Shown piece by piece: positions 10,692 through 20,405 of a DNA stretch of 64,000 bases. A program made the position numbers and the translations under genes. The notes beneath the pieces are model-generated. The model saw nothing but the letters and a program-made list of their open reading frames with translations, was not told the origin of the DNA and did no database searches. The stretch comes from an uncultured Chloroflexia bacterium (lineage in GTDB: Bacteria > Chloroflexota > Limnocylindria > Limnocylindrales > CSP1-4). Each line of letters starts with the position of its first letter. Position 1 is the first letter of the stretch. Location: contig CAVZTK010000006.1 in assembly GCA_963778155.1 (NCBI GenBank), positions 867,702-931,701 on the forward strand, read 5' to 3'.

Positions 10692-10929
10692 CTGGACACC
10701 TCCTTGGGTTTGAGGGCGGATCCATGGCACCAAGCTGATCACGGCGTCGTGCACACCCGTCCAGATGTCCAGTCTCGACCGTCTGCGCGGCGCCGACCAG
10801 AGCCAATCGACCCGAAGGCGTCAGGAACTCAGCCCCCGATCAAACTCCCGAGGGTAACGAGGCCGTTGTTGAGCCTTGCCACGCTGACGGGTGGACCTGA
10901 TCCGCTACCGGACGACCACGACCGTGGCT

Positions 10930-11004
10930 TCAGCGTGTGTCGCCAGTGGACAGCGCTCGACGCGCGGGGTCGCCGCCGTCGTACGCGACCAGGATCCGCT
11001 TCAT
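10930..11004 (-). pseudogene. possible remnant of a universal stress protein gene (first ~24 codons only)
   Basis: Strong SD GAAAGGAG then ATG 11004 gives MKRILVAYDGGDPARRALSTGDTR*, the stereotyped USP N-terminus. A neighbouring frame continues ...HAEATVVVVR* and then stops. No full-length ORF follows. Confidence 0.3.
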
Positions 11005-11356
11005 CTCATCGCTCCTTTCGACATCGTTCACGGTGCGCGCCGTGACGATGATCTGTGCGCAGTGAGCATCCACCAGACATGCGTGCGGAACGACGGCCAT
11101 CGGTCGCGCCGGGGGAGGCCATTAGACCCGCTGATCCGGGCGCCGGGCGCGGAAACTGCCGCTCTGGCAACTGGACCTACATCCACGCGAGGTGCTCGAC
11201 GGGTTTGGGTCGAACGTCACGTCAACTTGATGCCGCATGGACGTCGTCGGCCAGCCGACATCGTGCAAGCTTGACTTGCCGGCTGATACCCGACCCGCCA
11301 GCGGACTGCTCTGGGTGGCGGCGCGTGCTTCGTCGTCGGCAGTCGAGAGGCTCGAG

Positions 11357-12655
11357 ATGTCCACAACCGCCCTCACCGACAAGCGCGTGGCGCAACACCG
11401 GGTGAACCCACTCCACGGCCGGGACTTCCGCCTCCTGTGGACCGGCCAGGCGATCTCATCGCTCGGCGACCAGTTCGCCCTCGTCGCGCTGCCCTGGCTC
11501 GCGCTCGTCCTGACCGGCAGCGCCCTGGCGCTCGGCACGGTGCTGGCGATGATGGCCATCCCACGCGCCGCGCTCATGCTGTTCGGCGGCGTGTACGTCG
11601 ATCGGCTCTCGCCACGCCGCGTGATGATCCTGTCCAATGCGGTGCGACTCGTGACGGTGACCTTGCTGGGCCTGTCCACCGTCACGAGCATCGTCACCAT
11701 GCCCATGCTCTACGTCTGTGCGGTCATCTTCGGCGTGGCCGATGCCTTCTTCTTCCCGGCCCAGCAGGCGATCATCCCGGCGGTCGTCGAGCCCGACGAG
11801 ATCCCGGCTGCGAACGCACTGAGCCAGGGGACGACCCAGCTCATGGTCATGGTCGGCCCGGCCACCGCGGGCATGCTTGTCGCCGTGCTCGGCACGACTG
11901 GATCGAACCCGTCGCTGACAGGGATCGGTGTCGCGCTGCTCGTCGACGCGCTGAGCTTCGTCGTCTCGCTCGTCACCCTGGCGTTGATGCGACGCGGATC
12001 CACTGCTGCGTCGAGTGGCGAGGCCCTGCTCGATGCGCTCAAGACGGGCCTGCGCTTCGTGTGGGCTTGGCCGAGCCTGCGATCCGTGGTCCTCCTCGCG
12101 ATGGGCATCAACCTGCTTATCGTCGGGCCGCTCAGCGTGGGATTGCCGATGATCGCGTACACCCGGCTTCCCGAGGGAGCGGCCGCATATGGCACGCTCC
12201 TGTCGGCCATGGGCGGCGGGGCCCTCCTCGGGATGGTCGCGGTGGCGGCCCTGCCCAAGCCCGGGCCCGGACAGTTCGGGACGTTCGTGCTCCTGATCAC
12301 GGCGACGATGGGGATCGGCCTCGCGGCGCTCTCGGCTGTCTTCTCCACCGCGGTGGCCTTCCTGTTGACCGCCGTCGTCGGCTTCGCGATGGGCTACGTC
12401 AACCTCACCTTCCTCACGTGGGCCCAGCAGCGGGTTCCGAAGGCACTGATGGGCCGGGTGTTCGGCGTCATCCTCCTTGGGTCGGTCGCCCTTGTCCCGG
12501 TGTCGCAGGTCGTCGCCGGAGCGTTGGTGGCGGTGAGCCTCTCGGGCATGCTGGTCGTCGCAGGCGTGACGATGACCGTCCTGACGCTCGCCGCGGCCAC
12601 CTTGCCGGCCGTTCGCAGGATGGGCCTTGAGCCGGTGATCGCCGAGGCCGGTTAA
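11357..12655 (+). CDS. MFS transporter (EntS/MFS_3-like exporter family)
   Basis: Start taken at ATG 11357. FRLLWTGQAISSLGDQFALVALPWLALVLTGSALALG..., 12 hydrophobic helices, uninterrupted. Confidence 0.85.
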   Translation: MSTTALTDKRVAQHRVNPLHGRDFRLLWTGQAISSLGDQFALVALPWLALVLTGSALALGTVLAMMAIPRAALMLFGGVYVDRLSPRRVMILSNAVRLVTVTLLGLSTVTSIVTMPMLYVCAVIFGVADAFFFPAQQAIIPAVVEPDEIPAANALSQGTTQLMVMVGPATAGMLVAVLGTTGSNPSLTGIGVALLVDALSFVVSLVTLALMRRGSTAASSGEALLDALKTGLRFVWAWPSLRSVVLLAMGINLLIVGPLSVGLPMIAYTRLPEGAAAYGTLLSAMGGGALLGMVAVAALPKPGPGQFGTFVLLITATMGIGLAALSAVFSTAVAFLLTAVVGFAMGYVNLTFLTWAQQRVPKALMGRVFGVILLGSVALVPVSQVVAGALVAVSLSGMLVVAGVTMTVLTLAAATLPAVRRMGLEPVIAEAG

Positions 12656-12682
12656 CGCGGGTGTCAGCTCGGCCGATCGAGG

Positions 12683-13261
12683 CTAGAGCGGCACGACGAA
12701 GGATCGCCGCGCACGCCCTACCAGCCAGTCGCGCTCCACGGGCATGCCCGTGAGCCTCTCCATCAGGGCGAGGGCGCTGGCGCGTGGAGCGTCGACCCCC
12801 CATCGCAAGCCCTTCTCCTCGGGCAAGGCGTCGGCCCCATCGTCGTAGAGCAGCGCGTCGAAGGTGCGAACCAACGCCCCGGTGCGTGCGAGTGAGAAGG
12901 TGATGACCGCGTTGACGTTCCAGAAGACGTTGATCGCCGTCCCGCCCGCTGACAGGTGCGCGAGGGTCTCCGGGACGGATGCCGCCCACCCGCAAGGCTC
13001 GATGATCACGTCCCAGTCACCGAGCTGGTCGGATTGGGCGAGCACGGAGCCCCAAGCGAAGTCATCCAGGGCGAAGGCCTCGGCCAGGGCCTGCCCGACG
13101 GTGAGCCTGGCCGAGATCTCGCGGCGCGGCCGGAGCGCGGCCAGCGCGGATCCGTCGGCAGGCTGGACGAGGGTGATCGAGACCGCCTCCACGAGCGGGT
13201 CCCCGTTCTCGGCCCAGGCGTAGCGCCGCAGCAGCGGCTCGCCATCATCCTGCGACTCCAC
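12683..13261 (-). CDS. DUF6461-like protein of unknown function
   Basis: Start proposed at GTG 13261 (SD GGAGGGA 5 nt upstream) rather than the longer track ORF. Core DWDVIIEPCGWAASVPETLAHLSAGGTAINVFWNVNAVITFSLARTGALVRTFDALLYD matches my memory of the actinobacterial DUF6461 pattern. The family assignment is from memory only. Confidence 0.55.
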   Translation of the reverse strand: MESQDDGEPLLRRYAWAENGDPLVEAVSITLVQPADGSALAALRPRREISARLTVGQALAEAFALDDFAWGSVLAQSDQLGDWDVIIEPCGWAASVPETLAHLSAGGTAINVFWNVNAVITFSLARTGALVRTFDALLYDDGADALPEEKGLRWGVDAPRASALALMERLTGMPVERDWLVGRARRSFVVPL

Positions 13262-13621
13262 GCCTGTCCCTCCGACTCGCCATGCAGGACCTGCCTGCTT
13301 GCCGAAGTGTCGCGCGTTCGGCCACGACCCACCATTGCTGCCGATCCCGCCGGCGACGATCAGCTTCCGCGCGCGGGCGATCGTGCACCCGGCCGGCTCG
13401 CTCGATCTCAAGACAATGTCGAAGAAGCTCTCGTCGCTCCTTCCGAAGGATCGACGCGCCGCAACAGTCCTGGAGCTGGTGCCAGGGGACACCTTCCTGA
13501 CCTACGGGATCGGCGTCTCATTCAAGGCGCCGCGCAGCCCGGGGGAGGTCGCATCCGCCGCGCTATGGATCGTGCGGCGGCAGTCCTTGCGCCGGCACGT
13601 CGACGCGCAGATGCTCCCGGC

Positions 13622-15139
13622 ATGGGTCCGATCGAGAACCAGCGACGCGTCACGACGATCAATGATCGTCTCGGGTCTATTCCGGTCTCATGGCCCGTGC
13701 TCTTGGTTGCCGGCATCTTTGTCGTCGTCTTGTTGGCATTCTCCGGCGCTTACGGCTTCCACGGCGACGAGATGTACTTCGTCGTCGCCGGTGAGCATCC
13801 GGCCTTCGGCTATGTCGACCAGCCGCCCTTGACGCCGCTCCTGTCCGCAGCCTCGGTCGCCCTGCTCGGCGTCTCACCGTTCGCCGTCCGCGTGCTGCCC
13901 GCCCTCGAGATGGGCCTGATCGTGGTGCTCACCGCGCTCATCACGCGCGACCTCGGTGGGTCGCGCCGAGCGCAGACCCTGGCCGCGATCACGGCGGCCC
14001 TGTCGGGCTACCTGGGCGCAGGTCATCTCGACACCACGACCGATCCCGACCTCCTCGCCTGGGCGGTCATCGTCTGGCTGCTGGTGAAGCTCCTTGCCGG
14101 CGGCGATCGGCGCCTCTGGCTGGCGCTGGGTGTCACGACCGGGTTAGGGCTCGAGAACAAGGACACGCTCCTGTTCCTGGGCGCGGGTCTGGCGGTGGGA
14201 CTCGTCCTCACCCGCCGCTGGGATGTCATCCGCTCGCCCTGGTCGTGGGCGGCCATCGGGATCGCCCTCCTCATCTGGGCCCCGAATCTCGCCTGGCAGG
14301 CGACGAACGGCTGGCCGCAACTGACGATGGCGCAAGCCATCAGCGGATATGCGGCCGACAACCGGGCGCAGGTCGTGCCGCTCCTCTGGCTCTTCACCGG
14401 ACCGCTGCTCTTTCCGGTGAGCGCCGCGGGTCTGGGCTGGGTGCTCTTCTCGAACGCGGCTGCTCCGTGGCGGGCGATCGGGATCGGCGCCCTCGTCGCG
14501 CTCGCTCTCGTCTTCGTCAGCGGCGGCAAGGCCTACTACGCCATCGGCAGCGTGCCACTCTTCATGGCGGCCGGGGCCATCGTCATCGACCGCTGGCTGG
14601 CCCGTGGTCACGTCCGGATCAAGGCGACAGCCTTCGCCAGCGTCGCGCTGCTCTCGGTCACCCTGATTGCGTTGCTGACCTTGCCGATCCTGCCGGTTGC
14701 TGACTACGCGAAGTCAGGGCTCGCGTCGGCTGTCCCCGACACGGCCAACGAGATCGGCTGGCCCGCATTCGTCTCCACGGTGGAGGCAGTCGTTGACTCG
14801 CTGCCGGCCGATCAGCGGGGTCACGCCGTGATCCTGACGAACGATTACAGCGAGGCGAGCCCGCTCGTGCTCCTCGGTCATGGTCTGCCAGCGGTCTACT
14901 CCGGCCACAACAGCTACTGGTCCTGGGGACCACCGCCTGCCGACAGGACGACCGTGGTCCACGTCGGCGACTGGCGACCCGAGGACTGGAGCCAGTTCTT
15001 CGTCGACTGCCGTGATGTCGCGCACATCGACAATGGGCTCGGCATCGACAACGGCGAACAGGGAAAGGCCGTCTCGGTGTGCACCGGGTTGCGCAGACCG
15101 TGGTCCGAGATGTGGGCGGACCTTCGGACGATCTCGTGA
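13622..15139 (+). CDS. glycosyltransferase family 39 (ArnT/PMT-like GT-C membrane glycosyltransferase)
   Basis: First-loop DE motif (GFHGDEMYFVVAGEHPAFGYVDQPPLTP), about 11 TM helices, and a C-terminal soluble domain. The start at ATG 13622 is a choice within a longer ORF. Confidence 0.75.
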   Translation: MGPIENQRRVTTINDRLGSIPVSWPVLLVAGIFVVVLLAFSGAYGFHGDEMYFVVAGEHPAFGYVDQPPLTPLLSAASVALLGVSPFAVRVLPALEMGLIVVLTALITRDLGGSRRAQTLAAITAALSGYLGAGHLDTTTDPDLLAWAVIVWLLVKLLAGGDRRLWLALGVTTGLGLENKDTLLFLGAGLAVGLVLTRRWDVIRSPWSWAAIGIALLIWAPNLAWQATNGWPQLTMAQAISGYAADNRAQVVPLLWLFTGPLLFPVSAAGLGWVLFSNAAAPWRAIGIGALVALALVFVSGGKAYYAIGSVPLFMAAGAIVIDRWLARGHVRIKATAFASVALLSVTLIALLTLPILPVADYAKSGLASAVPDTANEIGWPAFVSTVEAVVDSLPADQRGHAVILTNDYSEASPLVLLGHGLPAVYSGHNSYWSWGPPPADRTTVVHVGDWRPEDWSQFFVDCRDVAHIDNGLGIDNGEQGKAVSVCTGLRRPWSEMWADLRTIS

Positions 15140-15197
15140 CGGCGATGCTTCGGCACGACGGATCCAAACGGAACCTTCCTCGACTCGATCGACAAGC

Positions 15198-15689
15198 TCA
15201 TCCGGATGACCGACCGATCCTGGGTATGAACCGCGGTGTCCTTCTTCGGTAGGCAGCGTAGCCAGGAAACCGTGCCTCGAGCCAGGCTTCCTCGCGGGCG
15301 GACTTCAGACGGAAGAACCCCGCGAGTAGCACGGCGAGCGCGACCGCGATGATGGACGCCTGGACGATCGCCCAGCCGAATGCCGCGAGGATGAGCCCGC
15401 CGTAGATCGGATGGCGCACCAGTCGGTATGCGCCCGTCTCGATCAGCCCGGCGTCGTCGCGTGGCATCGGGAGCGGCGTCACGGCGGTGCCGAGATCCGC
15501 CAGGGCACGAACCACGAGCAGGGCGCCACCGGCGATCAGAAGGATCCCGACGACGATTCCGACGAATCGCGCCGGCCCCGCCCAGTCCGACCCGAGGGCC
15601 CAGCCGGCGGTCGCGACGAGAACGAGTAGGACGCCCTGGATGAAGACCCATCCCTCGCCGCGGGGCCCGAGGGCGGGAAGGCGCGTCAT
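15198..15689 (-). CDS. isoprenylcysteine carboxyl methyltransferase (ICMT/PEMT-fold) family membrane protein
   Basis: 163 aa, 4 TM helices, motif GAYRLVRHPIYGGLILAAFGW...REEAWLEARFPGYAAYRRRTPRFIP. Confidence 0.8.
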   Translation of the reverse strand: MTRLPALGPRGEGWVFIQGVLLVLVATAGWALGSDWAGPARFVGIVVGILLIAGGALLVVRALADLGTAVTPLPMPRDDAGLIETGAYRLVRHPIYGGLILAAFGWAIVQASIIAVALAVLLAGFFRLKSAREEAWLEARFPGYAAYRRRTPRFIPRIGRSSG

Positions 15690-15702
15690 GAGGACATCTT
15701 CG

Positions 15703-16629
15703 TCAGGCTGGCGGCGGAGGGATCGGCAGCGCGCGAGGAATCAACTCCGGGATCCGATCGAGGAGTCCCCATAAGGTATCCAGGAACGGGGACGTCGGGC
15801 GAGTTCCCGGTCGCTCGACTGCCACGATCCGTCGCCGGATCGTGGCAGTACCAGTCAGCGCGATCTCCCGAAGCGAGCCACCCGACAGGGCGTCGGCGAC
15901 GGCAGTCCCGGGAAGCAACGCGACACCCAGCCCGCGTTCGACCATCCGCTTGGCCGCTTCGATGTTGTCCACCTCGGTGACGCCACGGGGCACGACGCCG
16001 GCGACTCGGAACAACGCGTTCGTGATGTCGTAGTAGCTCGACGTCCGGTCGAAGAGGATGAGCTGGGCGTGATTGATCTCGGACACGTCGACCGCCCCTG
16101 CCGCGGCAAACGGGTGGTCGGGCCGGGCGACCAGGACGAGCTCATCCTCGTAGAGTGGACGGCTCCGGACCCGAGCGTCGCGGATCTGTCTGACGATCCC
16201 GAGCTCGACCTGGCCATGCGCCACCAAGTCCACGATCTCCTCCGAATGGCCGGTCCGCACAAGGAGGCGGACGTCCGGGTGTCGCTCAGTGAAGCGGACG
16301 AGGATCTCCGGTAGCACATAAGCGCTGACCGCCGGAGCGACCGCCAATGCGAGCTCGCCGATCACGCCGTGTTCCAGTTCGCGAACGAGCGAGCGACCGC
16401 TGCGAATCGCCTCCATCGCGCGGTCGGCATGCGGAAGAAAGGCGCGACCGGCAGCTGTCAAGACCATACCCGAGTGCGTTCGCCGAAACAGAGCCGCGCC
16501 GAGCTCATCCTCGAGCGCCTGGATCCGAGCCGTCAGCGCCGGCTGGCCGATCGAGAGCACGTACGCCGCACGTCGCATGTTCCCTTGCCGGGCGATCTCG
16601 ATAAACCCTTCGACCTGGGCGAGGAGCAT
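15703..16629 (-). CDS. LysR-family transcriptional regulator
   Basis: N-terminal wHTH (MLLAQVEGFIEIARQGNMRRAAYVLSIGQPALTARIQALEDELGAALFRR) plus a LysR substrate-binding domain. It is divergent from the isocitrate lyase operon. Confidence 0.92.
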   Translation of the reverse strand: MLLAQVEGFIEIARQGNMRRAAYVLSIGQPALTARIQALEDELGAALFRRTHSGMVLTAAGRAFLPHADRAMEAIRSGRSLVRELEHGVIGELALAVAPAVSAYVLPEILVRFTERHPDVRLLVRTGHSEEIVDLVAHGQVELGIVRQIRDARVRSRPLYEDELVLVARPDHPFAAAGAVDVSEINHAQLILFDRTSSYYDITNALFRVAGVVPRGVTEVDNIEAAKRMVERGLGVALLPGTAVADALSGGSLREIALTGTATIRRRIVAVERPGTRPTSPFLDTLWGLLDRIPELIPRALPIPPPPA

Positions 16630-16652
16630 GGCGCATCACCTTGGATCCGTAG

Positions 16653-16671
16653 TGATCAATGATGTTGATCA
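16653..16671. promoter_or_regulatory. candidate LysR box (TGATCA-N7-TGATCA; ATC-N9-GAT, i.e. T-N11-A type dyad)
   Basis: Read from the sequence in the lower-GC 125-bp LysR/ICL intergenic region, about 85-100 bp upstream of the small-ORF ATG. Confidence 0.4.
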
Positions 16672-16754
16672 TAGGCGATAGAACTTTCGATTGGACGGCG
16701 GCTCGACCGCATCGTACGGTTGCGGCCCAGGCGAGTCACATGAGGGGGTTCACG

Positions 16755-16946
16755 ATGGATCTCAAGGTCGTTCAACAACAGCCGACTGCAGTCACACTCG
16801 GCTCGCTGGAGCCCTCACACCTGTGGGTGCTGGGCCTTGCCCTCGACGACGAGGGCTCCCTTGTCGGTCCCGGTCGTCGCGAGTTCAGCTACTGGGCCGA
16901 CTGCGAGTGCCCCGACGATTGCCTCCGGGATCACGAGAACGAGTGA
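16755..16946 (+). CDS. small acidic protein (63 aa), unknown function, immediately upstream of isocitrate lyase
   Basis: SD GAGGGGG 7 nt before ATG 16755. [63 protein letters not shown]. The stop is 8 nt before the ICL start. Coding status is inferred from the SD, position and composition only. Confidence 0.45.
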   Translation: MDLKVVQQQPTAVTLGSLEPSHLWVLGLALDDEGSLVGPGRREFSYWADCECPDDCLRDHENE

Positions 16947-16954
16947 CCCCGACG

Positions 16955-19252
16955 ATGGCCTCGAACGCTCCCCAGGCAGCGATGAACGAGCTCGAAACGC
17001 AGGTCTCTGCCACCCGTCAGTGGTGCGCGACGTCCAGGTTCGATGGCATCGTGCGCCTGCATGGCGCGCGTGAGATCGTCGAGCAGCAGGGGACGATCCA
17101 GCCCGACCACACCGTCGCCCGGATGGCCGCGGAGGGGTTCTATGCACGGCTCCGGGAGCTGTTCGAGCAAGGCGGCCAGATCACGACCTTCGGCCCCTAT
17201 TCGCCGGGTCAGGCAGTCGTCATGAAGCGGATGGGGATCGATGCGATCTACCTCGGCGGCTGGGCCACGTCGGCGAAGGGGTCGGCATCCGAGGACCCCG
17301 GTCCGGACCTCGCGAGCTACCCGCTGAGCCAGGTACCGGACGAAGCGGCCGGTCTGGTTCGCGCTCTCCTCACGGCCGACAGGAACCAGCACTTCGCGCG
17401 CGCCCGGATGGACGAGGAGAAGCGTCGGACAGCGCCGAACATCGACTTTCGCCCATTCATCATCGCCGACGCCGACACGGGCCATGGCGGTGACGCACAC
17501 GTTCGAAACCTCATCCGACGATTTGTCGAGGCGGGCGTGCCGGGCTACCACATCGAGGACCAGAAGCCGGGTGCGAAGAAATGCGGTCATCAGGGCGGCA
17601 AGGTCCTGGTCGGGCAGGATGAGCAGAACAAGCGACTCAACGCGGCGCGGTTCCAGCTCGACATCATGAGAGTGCCGGGCATCATCGTCGCTCGGACCGA
17701 CGCCGAGTCGGCGACATTCCTCGACAACCGCACCGACGAGCGAGACCAGCCGTTCATCCTCGGGGCGACGAACACCGACGTGCCGAGCTATCGCGCCGGT
17801 TTCCTGACGATCCTGAAGTCGCTGCATGACCTGGGGCTGGATGAGATCCGGGGCCACCTGCTGTTCGCGCTGTCCGACGGCGCGACGCAGCGAGCGGTTG
17901 CGTGGCTGACTCGGGTCGGACTCATGTCGCTGATCGAACGCGGCGCCCGGATCGCCCGGGATCCGGCGGACGGAACGGCGGTCCATGACCTGCTCGACGA
18001 GATCGAGACCCGGTACGCGGAGATCTGGCAGACGGAAGCCGGCCTGAAGACGTACGGCGAGGCGGTGGCGGAGATCCTCGAGCGCCAGGTCGGCGAGGGC
18101 GGGCAAGTCGACATGACGCTCGAGGAGTGGCATGCCTTCGCGAGCCAGGCGTCATTCTCGGAAATCCGCGAGAAGGCCAATTCGCTCGGCATCATCGTCG
18201 CCTGGGATCCGGAGCTGCCCAAGACACCCGAGGGCTACTACCAGGTCCGGGGTGGGATCGACTATGCGATCGCCAAGTCCCTTGCTGCCGCTCCGTTCGC
18301 CGACTTGCTCTGGATGGAGACGAAGACCGCGAACCTCGACGACGCCCGGCGATTCGCGCTGGCGATCCACGACGAGTATCCGGAGAAGATGCTCGCGTAC
18401 AACCTGTCGCCATCGTTCAATTGGGATACGACCGGGCTCAGCGACGACGAGATGCGGCAGTTTCCCGAGGAGCTCGGAAGGCTGGGATTCGTGTTCAACT
18501 TCATCACGTACGGCGGGCACCAGATCGACGGCCTCGCCGCCGAGGAGTTCGCGACGGCGCTGCGCGACGACGGGATGCTCGCCCTTGCCCGGCTCCAGCG
18601 GAAGTTCCGGCTGCTCGAATCGCCCTATCGAACGCCGCAGTCACTCGTCGGTGGGGACCGGCTGGATGCGGCCCTGATGGCAGTTTCCGGGCGGACCGCG
18701 GCGACCAAGGCGATGGGCAGCGGATCGACCCAGCACCAGCACCTCGTCCAGACCGAGGTGCCGACGGGCCTACTCGAGGCGTGGCTTGCCGAATGGGCGA
18801 AGCACTGGGATCGGCAGGAGAGGCTCCGCGTCGAGCTGCGGCCACATAGCGCGGGTTCAGACCTCCTGGAACTTCGGGTGCGGGACGAATCGGACGATGC
18901 GGTGGCAAGCGTGATCTTCGCCACCATGCTGGATCGTCACGGTCTGAGCATCCTTTCGATCCGCGACCAGCAAACGTCACCATCGATCCGCAGGCGACGG
19001 CTCATGACGCTCGTCCAGCTATTCCTGATCCACCGCTACCGCGCCGCCTCGCTCCACTACGTCACGCCCACCGAGGACAACCGGTCGCAGACACAGCGGA
19101 TGCACGAGCTCGGCATCTTCACCGTGGTGCGGACCGAGATCGGACAGATCATCGTGGCGAACGTCGACCGCGCCCGCGTCACCGCGCTCGTCGAGCCCGA
19201 CGGCGAGCAGCTGGCCGAGCTCATCCGGAAGCCGATCCCGCAGGCGGCATAG
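16955..19252 (+). CDS. aceA: isocitrate lyase, long form (ICL2/AceAb type, 765 aa, with extra C-terminal domain)
   Basis: Catalytic signature [21 protein letters not shown], plus [12 protein letters not shown] and ARTDAE. The length, internal insertion and ~170-aa C-terminal extension match the mycobacterial ICL2 architecture. Start ATG 16955 is chosen over the longer track ORF. Confidence 0.92.
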   Translation: MASNAPQAAMNELETQVSATRQWCATSRFDGIVRLHGAREIVEQQGTIQPDHTVARMAAEGFYARLRELFEQGGQITTFGPYSPGQAVVMKRMGIDAIYLGGWATSAKGSASEDPGPDLASYPLSQVPDEAAGLVRALLTADRNQHFARARMDEEKRRTAPNIDFRPFIIADADTGHGGDAHVRNLIRRFVEAGVPGYHIEDQKPGAKKCGHQGGKVLVGQDEQNKRLNAARFQLDIMRVPGIIVARTDAESATFLDNRTDERDQPFILGATNTDVPSYRAGFLTILKSLHDLGLDEIRGHLLFALSDGATQRAVAWLTRVGLMSLIERGARIARDPADGTAVHDLLDEIETRYAEIWQTEAGLKTYGEAVAEILERQVGEGGQVDMTLEEWHAFASQASFSEIREKANSLGIIVAWDPELPKTPEGYYQVRGGIDYAIAKSLAAAPFADLLWMETKTANLDDARRFALAIHDEYPEKMLAYNLSPSFNWDTTGLSDDEMRQFPEELGRLGFVFNFITYGGHQIDGLAAEEFATALRDDGMLALARLQRKFRLLESPYRTPQSLVGGDRLDAALMAVSGRTAATKAMGSGSTQHQHLVQTEVPTGLLEAWLAEWAKHWDRQERLRVELRPHSAGSDLLELRVRDESDDAVASVIFATMLDRHGLSILSIRDQQTSPSIRRRRLMTLVQLFLIHRYRAASLHYVTPTEDNRSQTQRMHELGIFTVVRTEIGQIIVANVDRARVTALVEPDGEQLAELIRKPIPQAA

Positions 19253-19334
19253 GCCCGGGACGCCAGGGTCCTTCGAGTCGGCGCCGCGTCGAGCCGCCAG
19301 GGCGGTTTGTCGAAGCGACGGCATGGTCTCCGGA

Positions 19335-20405
19335 TCAGTCGTGGCTGCCGAGCCAGGCGCCGACCCTCGGCCAGAGATTCTGGCTCGCCGTCCGGCCCAC
19401 GACGATCCCGACGTGGCCGCCCTCGATCACGATCTCTGACGCGTCCTGACTGCTGACGCGATGCGTGATCACACTCGTCGTCGGCCGGGGCGCGATCGCG
19501 TCCCGGCTGGCTGCGATGTTGAGGACCGGGCAACGGATATCCGCCAACCGGACCGGCCGGCCATCCATCTCGAGGGTGTCCCTCGCGAGGCGGTTCTCCT
19601 GGTAGAACTGGACGATCCACTGGTGGAACGCAGCCCCGGCGAACGGGACGCTCTCATTGACCCAGCGGTACATCGCCTGCCAGCCCCGGACGTCGAAGTT
19701 CGGGTCGGCCAGCTTGTCCCAGAGCTGGCGATACGTGCCGACGTAGCTGGCCTTCGGGTCGAGCAACTTCGTGCCGATATCCGGCATCTGCCCCGGCACG
19801 ATCGGAAACGTGTCGGTCACGCTGTCGACCGGGAAGGTTTCTCGCGCTGTCATCCGACCGAATTGACCGGCATCCGAGAAATCGATCGGCGCGGTGAGCA
19901 GGATCAGGTTGCGGGTCATCTCCGGATGGAGAGCGGCGAAACAGGTCGCCAGGGCGCCGCCGATGCAGTAGCCAAGGACGGTCATCTCGTCCTCGCCCGT
20001 GACCTTCTGGATCGCCTTCGCGGCGCGTGGCAGGTAGCGGGTGACGAGGGTCGACACGTCAAGCGCCCGGTCCTCGTCGCCAGGTGTGCCCCAGTCGATG
20101 AGGAACACGTCGTGGCCCTCACCCAGCAGGAATTCGACGAAGCTCGCACCCGGGCGGAGATCGAGGATGTAGGCCCGGTTGATGAGCGGAAGGACCAGGA
20201 AGATCGGCGTTCGGTGAGTGGCTGGCTCAGAACGCGTGTAGCGGTACAGGCGCGCCTTGTTCTTGCGCCAGATGAGCTCCTTCGGCGTCTGACCGACCGG
20301 AGCGTCGGCCGAGCCGAGCACGGCTCGGGCCATCTCGAGGGCACGATCGGTCGAGGACCACACGGTCGCCGGGTCCGGCAGCATCGACCACGCTGGGGCT
20401 GTCAC
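19335..20405 (-). CDS. phaC: class III/IV-type poly(3-hydroxyalkanoate) synthase catalytic subunit PhaC
   Basis: 356 aa (the short PhaC class). Lipase-box variant with catalytic Cys (VLGYCIGGA), alpha/beta-hydrolase pattern ([25 protein letters not shown]), C-terminal GGHVGIVVG. The GTG start overlaps the phaE stop (GTGA). Confidence 0.9.
   Translation of the reverse strand: MTAPAWSMLPDPATVWSSTDRALEMARAVLGSADAPVGQTPKELIWRKNKARLYRYTRSEPATHRTPIFLVLPLINRAYILDLRPGASFVEFLLGEGHDVFLIDWGTPGDEDRALDVSTLVTRYLPRAAKAIQKVTGEDEMTVLGYCIGGALATCFAALHPEMTRNLILLTAPIDFSDAGQFGRMTARETFPVDSVTDTFPIVPGQMPDIGTKLLDPKASYVGTYRQLWDKLADPNFDVRGWQAMYRWVNESVPFAGAAFHQWIVQFYQENRLARDTLEMDGRPVRLADIRCPVLNIAASRDAIAPRPTTSVITHRVSSQDASEIVIEGGHVGIVVGRTASQNLWPRVGAWLGSHD

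Noticed and set aside
10692-10800. HspR (HAIR) or HrcA (CIRCE) operator upstream of hsp20
   Set aside because: The best candidate (CTTGGTG ... CCTCAAA) matches only 5/7 per half-site and has the wrong spacing. There is no TTAGCACTC-N9-GAGTGCTAA-like element.
13262-13621. Upstream 77 codons of track ORF 12683..13492, containing a KLIVAGGIGS-like stretch reminiscent of a dinucleotide-binding motif
   Set aside because: The match is too short and isolated. A strong SD plus GTG at 13261 gives a family-typical length for the DUF6461-like protein. It may be a decayed gene fragment, but I cannot support that.
16691-16954. 5' extension of the isocitrate lyase ORF (track ORF starts at 16691)
   Set aside because: The composition is junk-like, and it overlaps a better-supported small ORF with a strong SD. 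ATG 16955 gives the N-terminus expected for ICL2-type enzymes.
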